Source: a virus (lineage: Duplodnaviria > Caudoviricetes). Taken from it: 59,310 nucleotides of DNA. The stretch is from the IMG/VR virus record IMGVR_UViG_3300012928_000006, positions 1 to 59,310 of that record, one strand, 5' to 3'. Every line of letters begins with the position of its first letter. The first letter of the stretch is position 1. Made by a program: the position numbers and the translations under genes. Positions 18,932-29,700 of this stretch are shown piece after piece. Below the pieces are notes generated by a model. The model had not been told where the DNA came from. It searched no databases and saw nothing but the letters and a program-made list of their open reading frames with translations.

Positions 18932-20026
18932 ATGTTAGATGCACTCAAAAATCTCTTCGAAAATGACGCACTATCGGAAGAAGTACGTTCTGAGTTAGAG
19001 GAAGCGTGGAACGCAAAGGTTAAAGAAAATCGCCTTGAAGTTACTAGTGAACTACGTGAAGAATTTGCTAAAAAATACGAACACGACAAAGCAACAATGG
19101 TGGAAGCCATTGATAGTCTTGTTACGGAAAAGTTAGCAGAAGAAATTGCGGAATTCCAAGACGATCGTAAACAACTAGCAGAAGCAAAAGCAAAATTTGC
19201 TGTTGCTCAGCGTAAAAATGCAGACCTAATGAAAACTTTTGTTTCGGAGCAACTAGCTTCAGAAATAAAAGAACTACACGCAGATCAAAAAGCAACAGCT
19301 GATAAGTTTGTTGCTCTTGAAGAGTTTGTAGTAGAATCACTTGCTAAAGAACTTGCAGAATTTTACGAAGACAAAAAAGACTTGGCTGAAACTAAAGTAC
19401 GTCTTGTACGCGAAGCCAAAGAACATCTTAATAGCGTTAAGTCAACGTTTATTAAGAAAAGTGCAGCGTTGGTATCAGAAACAGTGTCAAAAGGTCTCAC
19501 CAAAGAGATTTCAGCACTGAAAGAAGATATTGAAGCAGCACGCCAGAATGATTTTGGACGTAAGCTATTCGAAGCATTTGCTAATGAATATCAACACTCA
19601 TATCTTAACGAGAAGAGTGAAACTTCTAAACTACTAAAAGTTGTAGGTACTAAAGACCAACAGCTTGCAGAAGCAAAAGAAGCAGCGTCTAAAGCAATCA
19701 AACTTGCAGAAGCACAGGCAGCAGAGAACAAAAAGATCACTGAATCTGTGTCACGCAAAGAAAAAATTGATGGTTTAGTTGCTCCATTGAGCATCGACCA
19801 GAAAGAAATAATGATGGACTTGTTAGAATCAGTTCAAACAGGAAAATTACAATCACAGTTTGAGAAATACTTACCGGCAGTTATCGACGGCAAGAGTCCA
19901 ACGAAGAAGGCAGTTTTAGCAGAGGCAAAAGAAGTAACAGGCAACAGGGAAACCGAAACAACTGATATGGCAGCAAAGGCTGATAACAACGTAGTTGATA
20001 TCAAGCGTTTAGCTGGTTTGAATTAA
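18932..20026 (+). CDS. gp22: Prohead scaffold protein
   Basis: Coiled-coil, Glu/Lys/Ala-rich; lies between gp21 and gp23. Confidence 0.8.
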   Translation: MLDALKNLFENDALSEEVRSELEEAWNAKVKENRLEVTSELREEFAKKYEHDKATMVEAIDSLVTEKLAEEIAEFQDDRKQLAEAKAKFAVAQRKNADLMKTFVSEQLASEIKELHADQKATADKFVALEEFVVESLAKELAEFYEDKKDLAETKVRLVREAKEHLNSVKSTFIKKSAALVSETVSKGLTKEISALKEDIEAARQNDFGRKLFEAFANEYQHSYLNEKSETSKLLKVVGTKDQQLAEAKEAASKAIKLAEAQAAENKKITESVSRKEKIDGLVAPLSIDQKEIMMDLLESVQTGKLQSQFEKYLPAVIDGKSPTKKAVLAEAKEVTGNRETETTDMAAKADNNVVDIKRLAGLN

Positions 20027-20036
20027 GGAGATAACA

Positions 20037-21209
20037 ATGTCAGAACTATTAGAAAGTCGCTGGCAAGAGACTAAAACAGCACTTCTTGAAGGCCTAAATG
20101 GCAATAAGAAAGCAGTTATGGCGTCAACACTTGAGAATACACGCAAGTATTTGGCTGAGACTGCAGGTGCTGGAGCTACCTCTGCCGGCAATATCGCAAC
20201 ACTTAACCGTGTGATCCTACCAGTGATCAGACGTGTTATGCCAACAGTGATTGCAAACGAAATCGTTGGTGTTCAGCCGATGACAGGTCCAGTGGGTCAA
20301 ATCCACACATTGAGAGTACGCTACTCAGACACAGCAGGTACAGGCGCAGCCGGTGCAGTAGCTGGAGAAGAAGCACTTTCACCATTCAAAATTGCTGAAG
20401 CATATTCAGGTGACGCAACAACTGCAAAAGGTGCAGCTACAGCGGCTCTAGAAGGTGCTGCTGGTAACAGACTAAGCATTCAGATCTTGAAACAGACTGT
20501 TGAAGCTAAGTCACGTAAGTTGTCAGCACGTTGGACATTTGAAGCGGCTCAGGACGCTCAAAGCCAGCACGGCATTGACGTTGAAGCAGAAATTATGGCT
20601 GCTTTGGCTCAAGAAATTACTGCTGAAATCGACCAAGAGATCCTAGCATCACTTGCAACATTGGCAGGAACAGGAACTGATACATACAACCAAGCAGGCG
20701 TATCAGGTACAGCTACTTTCGTTGGTGACGAACACGCAGCACTTGCAGTTCTAATCAACAGAGCAGCAAACAGAATCGCACAGAGAACAAGAAGAGGCGC
20801 AGGTAACTGGTCAGTCGTATCTCCAGCGATCTTGACTGTACTACAGTCAGCAACAACTTCAGCGTTCGCAAGAACAACTGAAGGTACTTTTGAAGCACCA
20901 ACAAACACAAAAATGGTTGGTACACTAAACGGCGCAATGAAAATTTATGTGAACACATATGCAGGCGACGATGATGTACTAGTTGGTTACAAAGGTACTA
21001 GCGAGTCAGACGCAGCAGCGTTCTACTGCCCATACATTCCATTAATGAGCAGCGGCGTTGTACTTGACCCAACATCATTTGAGCCAGTCGTATCATTTAT
21101 GACTCGTTACGGATATGTTGAGTTGTCAAACACTGCATCATCACTCGGTAATGCAGCTGACTACCTAGAGAAAGTTGAAGTTACAACAGCTAACTTGAGC
21201 TTCTCATAA
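20037..21209 (+). CDS. gp23: Major capsid protein
   Basis: RRVMPTVIANEIVGVQPMTGPVGQI, VEAKSRKLSARWTFEAAQD, GYKG...AFYCPYIPL, FMTRYG. Confidence 0.95.
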   Translation: MSELLESRWQETKTALLEGLNGNKKAVMASTLENTRKYLAETAGAGATSAGNIATLNRVILPVIRRVMPTVIANEIVGVQPMTGPVGQIHTLRVRYSDTAGTGAAGAVAGEEALSPFKIAEAYSGDATTAKGAATAALEGAAGNRLSIQILKQTVEAKSRKLSARWTFEAAQDAQSQHGIDVEAEIMAALAQEITAEIDQEILASLATLAGTGTDTYNQAGVSGTATFVGDEHAALAVLINRAANRIAQRTRRGAGNWSVVSPAILTVLQSATTSAFARTTEGTFEAPTNTKMVGTLNGAMKIYVNTYAGDDDVLVGYKGTSESDAAAFYCPYIPLMSSGVVLDPTSFEPVVSFMTRYGYVELSNTASSLGNAADYLEKVEVTTANLSFS

Positions 21210-21226
21210 GCGTAGCTTAATAATTC

Positions 21227-21253
21227 AAAATAGGCCCTCCGGGGCCTATTTTT
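21227..21253 (+). terminator. Rho-independent terminator after gp23 (possibly bidirectional)
   Basis: AAAATAGGCCC-TCCG-GGGCCTATTTT followed by T. Confidence 0.85.
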
Positions 21254-21282
21254 ATGAGTAAATACCCACAAGGAGTAATACA

Positions 21283-21477
21283 ATGGTATACAAAGGTCAA
21301 GTTTATAAATTTGCAGGCAAGTGGGGTGTTATACGTCCAGATGCATTTGGACAAGTACGTGTTGACGTGCTATTTGATAAAAATCAACATCAGTTTGTAA
21401 TAGGTGAGCGTGTAGAATACGAACAAATTGAAAAAAATAATAGAAAATATGCAGAAAAAATAACAAAAATAGGTTGA
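21283..21477 (+). CDS. Cold-shock-domain (OB-fold) RNA-binding protein
   Basis: KGQVYKF..KWGVIRPD...DVLF...GERVEYE...YAEKI follows the CSD pattern. Late promoter at 21259-21264 and an AAGGAG RBS. Confidence 0.6.
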   Translation: MVYKGQVYKFAGKWGVIRPDAFGQVRVDVLFDKNQHQFVIGERVEYEQIEKNNRKYAEKITKIG

Positions 21478-21502
21478 CCTTTGTACATTATTTTGCTATA
21501 GT
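21474..21502 (+). promoter_or_regulatory. sigma70 promoter with extended -10, driving the ncRNA
   Basis: TTGACC (21474-21479), 17 nt, TATAGT (21497-21502) preceded by TGn. Confidence 0.75.
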
Positions 21503-21536
21503 GTATATATTGTTAATAGACGACGGTTTGTTATCA

Positions 21537-21719
21537 GCTTTGTGCAAGGAACGTCACATTTACCAGAGTGTGTAACTTGGCAATGTTAGGGGTGGTACCC
21601 AGGCGTGGTAGTAGAAATACGCTGTGTCACATCGCTCTACCGAGCGGAACTTGGCTCCCTGGCTTTGAGAATGGTATCTCGGTCGAGGGGTTGGAGGTAA
21701 ACCCGAATCCTCCCAAAGC
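21537..21719 (+). ncRNA. manA-like structured RNA motif
   Basis: Closing stem GCTTTG/CAAAGC; GTGCAAGG, GGGGTGGTACCC, TACCGAG..CTTGG and TTGGAGG..CCTCCC elements as I recall them from phage manA RNAs. GC-rich island bounded by a promoter and a terminator. Confidence 0.65.
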
Positions 21720-21728
21720 ATTAATAAG

Positions 21729-21760
21729 AAAGGTCTATCATTTATGGTAGGCCTTTTTTT
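21729..21760 (+). terminator. Rho-independent terminator of the ncRNA
   Basis: AAAGGTCTATCA-TTTA-TGGTAGGCC followed by T7. Confidence 0.8.
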
Positions 21761-21792
21761 ACGAACATTATAACCCATTTTTTCGAAAAGGA

Positions 21793-21798
21793 TAAATA
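21793..21798 (+). promoter_or_regulatory. Late promoter TAAATA for the appendage/fibre operon
   Basis: Upstream of a structured leader and the 21893 ORF. Confidence 0.65.
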
Positions 21799-21892
21799 CT
21801 ATTGTCAGATAGTGTGCCGCAAGGCGGACTTATGCTGTACCCGCAGCGTAGCTCATAGAACGGGCATAGGACTACTAAATTAGGAGAAAAAA

Positions 21893-22354
21893 ATGGGAAG
21901 ACCACTTAATAAAAGACTATTTGGTGTAGCAGGCACAGGCCCTACAGCAAGTGGTACAGAGATTAAAGTAAACTTTCATAACGGCACAGCAGTTAAAGAA
22001 GGTTACATTGTTAAACAAAAAGGCTCAAAGAAATTTGTATGTGAAGAAATTGGAACAGCAGGCGAATTTACTTGCACACTAGTAACTGGTAAACTACCAG
22101 CAGCATTAGCAGCAGGCGAAATGTCAATCTCAGTACAAGGTTCAGATTCAGAAACTTACGGCGTATCTAAAATCGCTGGTAGGAAAATTACACTAGCTCA
22201 ACCAAGCGCAACAGGTTCAAATGCATTAGATGGTAAAGCACAAACATATGTATTGACAGGTTCAGCAGCAGCAGGAATTGCAAGGATGGAAGAAGCTGGT
22301 GATGATAACACATTATCAGGTACAGACGACGACGATTTCACTGAAGACGCATAA
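21893..22354 (+). CDS. Hypothetical virion structural protein
   Basis: 153 aa; strong AGGAG RBS; late promoter; Gly/Thr/Ala-rich. Confidence 0.65.
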   Translation: MGRPLNKRLFGVAGTGPTASGTEIKVNFHNGTAVKEGYIVKQKGSKKFVCEEIGTAGEFTCTLVTGKLPAALAAGEMSISVQGSDSETYGVSKIAGRKITLAQPSATGSNALDGKAQTYVLTGSAAAGIARMEEAGDDNTLSGTDDDDFTEDA

Positions 22355-22369
22355 GAGGAGTGTGTCTAA

Positions 22370-23389
22370 ATGGCTCAACGTATCAATAAGATTGGCGCCG
22401 ATAGCTATGTAATCAAAGTAGATAGTGGCGGAAGCATTGAACTAGATGTAGGACCAGCAGGTGCTGTTACAGTTACTGGTGATCTTGCAGTTCAAGGTGA
22501 AAGCACGTCTATTGGCTCTAGTGATCTTGTAGTTGAAGATAATACTATTACAGTCAACGCAGGTGAAACTGGTAGCGGAGTTACATTAAATACAGCCGGT
22601 TTAATAGTTGAACGTGGAATCGCAAATGATGCATACTTCTTTTGGGACGAAAGAATTAACAGCATAAGCGGTGGAATCGCACGTCAAGGTAGTTGGATAT
22701 TACAGGACTCAACTAATGCAGTAAATGGATTAGTTGCATCAAGCATCAGACCAGATATAATTGGAGTTAATAATTTAACTTTACTTGCAGAAGGTACTGG
22801 TATAGTTACTGTAACAGGTACAACGGATTATGAAAAACAAGTTTATCCATATGATGGAGACTCAATTCAAACTAATCCAAGTACACCAACTAAACTAGCC
22901 TTGCCGAATGACGATGACGCACTTGTGAATGCTAGGGTACTTGAAGACTTTGTAAAAGGTTATACAACTGAAAATTTACAAACAGGTATATCAAAAGGTG
23001 ATACAACACCAACTAGCGTTAAGACTTTTGACTTTGAAGTTGATTCATCAACAAGTAGGATCGAATTTAAAATCGATGATAGCTTGTTAGCTACAATGTT
23101 CGAGAATCGTTTAGAGATTGGTAATATAAAAATTACTCAAAACTCAATCACATCTAGTGATGTAAACGGTGATGTTGTTATAGCAGGTGCAGGTACTGGT
23201 GGAGTTAGACTAGATACTGCAACTACAATAAAAAAATTAGATGATCCAGTCGTACCATCAGACGGAGTATCATTATACAGTAAACCATTAGCAGATGGAG
23301 GAACAGGTATATTTTTTGTAAACGAAGACACAACACAAGACGAACTAGCAAGTCGAAACAAAGCACTACTTTTTAGTATTATATTTTAG
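22370..23389 (+). CDS. Fibre-associated virion structural protein
   Basis: VTGDLAVQGE..S.DLVVEDNTITVN beta-repeat motif is shared with the giant fibres. Confidence 0.6.
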   Translation: MAQRINKIGADSYVIKVDSGGSIELDVGPAGAVTVTGDLAVQGESTSIGSSDLVVEDNTITVNAGETGSGVTLNTAGLIVERGIANDAYFFWDERINSISGGIARQGSWILQDSTNAVNGLVASSIRPDIIGVNNLTLLAEGTGIVTVTGTTDYEKQVYPYDGDSIQTNPSTPTKLALPNDDDALVNARVLEDFVKGYTTENLQTGISKGDTTPTSVKTFDFEVDSSTSRIEFKIDDSLLATMFENRLEIGNIKITQNSITSSDVNGDVVIAGAGTGGVRLDTATTIKKLDDPVVPSDGVSLYSKPLADGGTGIFFVNEDTTQDELASRNKALLFSIIF

Positions 23390-23399
23390 AGGAACAGAA

Positions 23400-23732
23400 A
23401 TGGCAATAGTAAACGCACAAATAGCAAGCACAGATACAACACTAATTACAGTTCCTGCGGCTAAGAAATATGCTATAACTACAGTTCTAGTGTGTAACAA
23501 CCAATTTGATGACGCAAGCGGAGCAAATGATTCATCATTTGATATGCACGTTATTCCAAGTGGGCAAAGTAAAACACTTAGAAACTTAGTTTTGAATGAC
23601 TTGAAAGTTGCAGCAGCAGATACATTTACTTTCAACGTTGAGAGATTGATTTTAGAAGCAGATGATAGATTAGTTTTTGTAGGAGCTAATCCACAAAATT
23701 TAAGTGTTACAGTAAGTTATTTGGAAGTATAA
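23400..23732 (+). CDS. Small beta-rich virion protein
   Basis: 110 aa, in an operon with the fibre genes. Confidence 0.65.
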   Translation: MAIVNAQIASTDTTLITVPAAKKYAITTVLVCNNQFDDASGANDSSFDMHVIPSGQSKTLRNLVLNDLKVAAADTFTFNVERLILEADDRLVFVGANPQNLSVTVSYLEV

Positions 23733-26700
23733 ATGGATTATTTTAAGAGACAGTCGTTACATTCAAGATTAATTGGGGATCAAAGTGTGACATTGACAGC
23801 CGATGGCGAAGTCTTAATTGAACCAGCTGGCGGCAAAGTCAAGATAGATGGAGACTTAGTTGTTACCGGAAACGCAAGTGGACCGGAAGCGACAGACATC
23901 CTTTATGTTACGCAAGATGGTAATGATCTGAATGACGGTAAAAGCTTAGGACCAGACGGTGCTAAAGCAACAATTAAAAGTGCTGTTGAAGCAGCACAAT
24001 CCGGAACTACAATTCTTGTAGGTCCAGGAGATTTCTTTGAAGAAAACCCAATTGTGTTACCAGACTTTGTTACCATTAGAGGTACTGGTGATTTAAGAAA
24101 CACTAGAGTATTTCCAAGAAATAATACACAAACAATCTTTTATGTAGGTAATGGCTGTTACATACACGAACTTACAATGAGAGGATTGCGCTATCCGGGT
24201 TGGTGTGTTGAAATTAGAGAAGGCGCACTTGTAACCACATCACCATATGTACAAAACTGTACAAATATGAATGGTCCGTGGTTGAATGACGGAACTGAAT
24301 TTATTCCGTTTGAAACTGTACAGATTCCAGGTGTTGAACCAGGTGCTAAACCTATAATGGTAGAAGACAATCCTTCTTTGCCATTTAGCAAACAAGTTAA
24401 CAATACAGGCGGCGGTGGCGGTATGTATGTTGACGGTAACAAATACGATCCTGCATCGCTTGTGTTCAGTATGGTTGCTGATGCGTTTACGCAAATTGCT
24501 CAAGGTGGTATTGGTTTTTGGATTGATAACTTTGGATATACACAGATTGTTAGTTGCTTCTCAGTATTTTGTAGTGTTGGTTTTAAAACAACAAGAGGTG
24601 GCTATCTATCTATTTCAAACTCAGTTAGTGACTTTGGCTTAGTAGGTATTGAAGCAGATGGTTTCTTTCCACAAGCGTACACAACTGCTAGACCACAACA
24701 AGATTATTATAGTACTGTTGCCAGTGTAACAATTAACACACCTGGTGCAAATTATACTTCTGCTCCAACTGTATCAATTGAAGCACCATCAAAACCTGGC
24801 GGTACAACAGCAACAGCTACAGCAAGCATTGACACTACATCAGGTAGACTTGCTGCTGTAACAATACAAGATTCAGGTAGTGGATATACTAGTGTTCCGC
24901 TGATTTCATTTAGTGGAGGTGGAGCAACTGCACAAGCTACAGGTACAGTCAACCTTGCGTCAAACGTTTCAGTAAGGCTAAACAGTTTAAGAGATAAACC
25001 ACAGACAGGTAGTATTATTAAATTTGACGGCGATCCGCTGTATTATTATATTACTGGTACAAACCAAATCAATCCTCCTTTTGTTTATGACGAACAAGTT
25101 TGTAGGAGAGACTTGAGTAGAATTATAGATGCTGTGACTGCTGACATTGTGTTAGGCACAGAGTATCAATCACAAGCCGCAGCAACAAGTTATTTAAGAG
25201 CAACATCAAGTAAAGTTCTATCTGACCAGTTGGCACCAACTGTATATGGTATTGAGCAAGCTCGTGACTTGATGAAAGCAGAAACTACTAATCTAGCAAT
25301 GGAAGAACAAATTGATTACTTGTTCAACATTATAACTGCTACAATTAATGATGGTGATAGTAGTGTACAACCAAATAACACAAACTCACTTGCAGGTGCA
25401 TTTAATGACTTGCAAACAATTGATCCTGCTAGAATAATTGCTAAAGATAATGTTATTGAAAATAGGGAATTCTTAGTTGAAGAAGTTGTAGCATACATTA
25501 ATGATCAGTTTACAGAACTAAGTTACAATCAAGCTGATTATAAAAGAGATATGACAACACTGATAAACGGTATTCAAATGTTTGCAGTGCTTGAAAGCAA
25601 TCAGCAAGTTATTAGGATTGCACAAGAATACGAATATAGAGATAGATACAAAAATTTATTGTTGTCTTCATTTAGATTTTTAAGTGAAAAATTTGAAGCA
25701 CTTGCAGAAGTACAAGCAAGTAGTATTGCATTACAAAATGTAAAAGAAGGCTTCAACCAGTTTATGAATATTGTTGATGACGGCGATAGCTCTGCAAACG
25801 TAATAGTTTTTCCAGAACACGCTGGTGTAGATGATAACAGAGCTGACGCAAAAGATCAATTACAAGCTAACAAAAACTTTATGTTAGAAGAATTTACAAC
25901 TTTCTTATCAGCAGAAGCACCAGGATTTGTATATGACGAAGATGATTACAAATTAGACTTTGAAAGAATAATTGATGCTATGACATTTGACGTACTGTAC
26001 AATGGTAACAGTAGTACAGTCACAGAATGTAAATATTATTTTGCAAACGGAGCAGGCGGTACACAATTTAGTGACTTGACTCCAAATGATAGAAACGCTG
26101 TTGTTGCTACTTACGCAAGAATGAGATTTGTTATTGCAAGAGTTGTTAGAGGACTTTCAGTAACACCAACATCAGGCAACGGAGTAGCACAAGACTTTGG
26201 AAGTAACAATGCAACACAAAGTGAAGCAAGTTTCTTAGATAGTTTATTGTTTAACGTTGAAGATATGATTGACAATGTTACACTTTCAAGATTGCCAGCA
26301 ACACTTACATATCCAACTTACGGAGACGAACCACCATTACAAATTGATGCAGCAAATATTATTGCAGCACGTAGAGATGGATTTATAAACGATGCAATAC
26401 AATACAACTTAGCAAATAATCCTACACTTACATACGATGTAGAAAAGTGTAAGAGAGATGTTGGTTACATTGTTGATGCCATCAACCGTGACATATTGTT
26501 AGGAACAAACCATAACAGTATACAAGCAGGACAAGCATACAAAAGAGCCAACGTTGCTTATTTGAATGTAGAACAGAAACCAGCAACAATACTTTCATTG
26601 AAATATGCAAAAACTTTAGGTGTAGCAGCAGTTACAAATAATGCAACAATTCAATCTGCTGTTGCAGATAGATGGGATATTGTTTTAGATATAATTGAAT

Positions 26701-29700
26701 TTGATCAACTGCCAAGTCAAGGTATAGAATATCCAGATCCAGGTCCAGCAAGTAACGAACTAATTTACGGTGTTGATCAAGTATTAGCAAACAAAGCATT
26801 TTTACAAGAAGAAGTTGTTGCTTACATTGCTAACAACTATTATGTATATGACGAAGATAAATGTTCAAGAGACACAGGACTTATAATTGATGCAGCGGCA
26901 TTTGACACACTGCTTGGTACAAACTATAATGCAGTCACAGCAGGATTGTCATACCAAAGAGCAAACAGTGCATACGTCCTAAGTAATCAAAACACAGAAA
27001 CTATTGCAGGTATTAATTTTGCAAAAAGCAGATCAAGTGATGCAACAACACATTCACCATCGCAATCAGATGTTGAAGCAGCGTTTGATGAAGTTATAGA
27101 TATTATTCAAAATGGTGCAGTAAGCACACCACAAGCTGCTGACCCACTTACATTTACTGATCCAACAAATGCTACAACTGGCGAAGTAAATGCAAAAGCA
27201 CAACTACAAAACAATAGAGATTTTATTGCTGCTGAAACTGTTGCATACATAAATGAAAACTATGTTAACTTTTCATATGACAGTGCCAAATGCGAAAGAG
27301 ATATTGGATTAATTTTAGATGCAGTATCAAAAGACATTGCATTAGGAACAAACTATAATGCTGTTACAGCAGGTCTTGGTTACTCAAGAGCAGGCGCTGC
27401 AACAAATAAACAAGCTCAAGGTGTACAAACATTAGAATCATTTAAATTTGCACGTAAAGAAACAGTTGAAAAAGGTTTAAGTGATATAGGCGAGGCAAGA
27501 GCATTAGCAGCGTGGAATGAAGTAATTGACATTTTTGTTAACGGTGTACAAAGCACAGATGCAGCAGCTGATGCATTAGTATTTACTAACCCTGTAGGTG
27601 CAAACCAAGATGTAATTGATGCTAAAGATAGATTAATAGCAAACAGAGAATTTATAGCACAAGAAACACTTGCATTTGTAAATGATAACAAAACAAATTT
27701 TGATGTATCAGGCGCAACATACAATCAAGCTACTGGTGATATGGTTCTTACAATAGGATCACATAGTCTTACAACAAGTGATACAATTACACTAAAACCA
27801 GAATCTTTAGCATTTAGTTGTACATACGGACAAGGCAATCACACATATGTAGGTGGTACAGCAACAGCCGCAGTACAGTCTGGTGGTAACTATACACATA
27901 CATTTGTATCTGCTGTAACAAATGGAGTTACATCAAATTTAGGTAATTTACCAAATGCAGTAACAGGTGCAACATATAATGCAGCAACAGGTGAGATGGT
28001 AATCACTTCTACTGCACATTCGTTGACAACATCAAATACACTTTCTATTGCTGATGATGCATTAACATTTACTTGCACAATGGATGGTAACTCAAGTAAT
28101 CATACATATCCAAGGTCAACTGATCCTGCATCAGGAGCAAACCTTGCTATAAGTTCAGTAACCGCAGATACTATTACTATAAACGTAGGTGCATCACCAA
28201 TTGTAAATCACGATGTTACTGATGCAACTTACAACTATGCCACTGGCGTAATAGAAATGACTATTGGTAGTCACTCACTGACAGTAGGCACAAGTATTAA
28301 GATTGCTAATGATTCATTAACATTTACTTGTGATGCAGATGGAAACGCAACACAGCATACATATCCAAGAGCAACTGATCCAGCAAGAGATACTGCATTG
28401 CCAATTACAGCCGTTACTGGAACTACAGTATCAGTAAATGTAGGTATAATTGATGCGTCAACTAGCTCAACTAAGAGTTATCCACGTGCCAGCTCAAACG
28501 ATCCTGCATACAATACAGAACTAGCAATCAGTGCTGTTGATGCTACTACTATTACTGTTAATGTAGGACCAAATACAACTAATCCTACTGTACACACATT
28601 TGAATCTGCTGTATCTGGTGCAGTAATTACACAAGGATACAATCAGGATAAGTGTTTAAGAGATACAAGATATATTGTAGATGGTTTAACACACGATATA
28701 CTATATGGTGGTAACAGTGCAACAAGAGTTACAGCAGCAAGTTATTTTGAAGGCGCAGCAGCACAATTACCAGTAGATCAGTTAGCACCAACTACTGCTG
28801 CTTATGAACATTTGAAAAACAATGTGTTACCAGCAGTGGTTACAAACACACCATTAACACCTACTACAGGAAACACAACACCACAAGACACCACAGGCGG
28901 TGCAGCTACAGCAACAGAAAGTGCAGCACTCGCAACATTGGTAGATATTATTATTGATCACATAAACGGTTATGATAATATTAATCCACTAGGTGACGAA
29001 GTATTACCAAGTGTTACTTGGGCAAGTGCAGAACTACAGCAAGACTATAGCACAATTATTGCACAAAAGTCAAGTATACAAACATTGACAACTGAATTTA
29101 TTGCAGACACATTTACTGGCTTTAATTTTAATAGCACCAAGTGTGACAGAGATACAAAGTATATTGTAGATGCATTAACATATGATATTTTATACGGTGG
29201 TAACAGTGCAACAGTTGGAGCCGCACGTAGTTATTGGGTAGGTACACAAACACAAGTTGAAGGACAAAAAGCAGAAACTGCAAAAGCATTAGAATACACT
29301 GCTACTATCTTAAACAAAATTATACAAGATCAAGCAGTTGATTATACTTGGCAATCAGGCGAAGCACAAAACACAACTGCTGGTGCAGGCACTGCAACTG
29401 AAGCAGCTAGAGCATCTAACTTACTACAGATTATACAAGATGTAATTACAGACGGATTAGATCAATTACCAGCTGAAATTAAGCCTGATTATCCACAGTG
29501 GGTATCAACTGACGTAGTTGATGGCGTATCAAATCTATTAGCTGAAAAAGCAACTATACAAGCTGATACAGTTTCATTTATCAATACAACCTACAACGGA
29601 TTTAGTTACGATGAAGAAGTATGTAAAAGAGACACAGGATTTATTATTGATGCAGTAGTACACGATGCTTTTTACGAAGCAAACATAAGCACATTAATTG

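Noticed and set aside
21560-21778. Short ORFs 21560..21778 (-) and 21568..21750 (+)
   Set aside because: Atypical composition and no RBS; they coincide with the structured RNA and its terminator.
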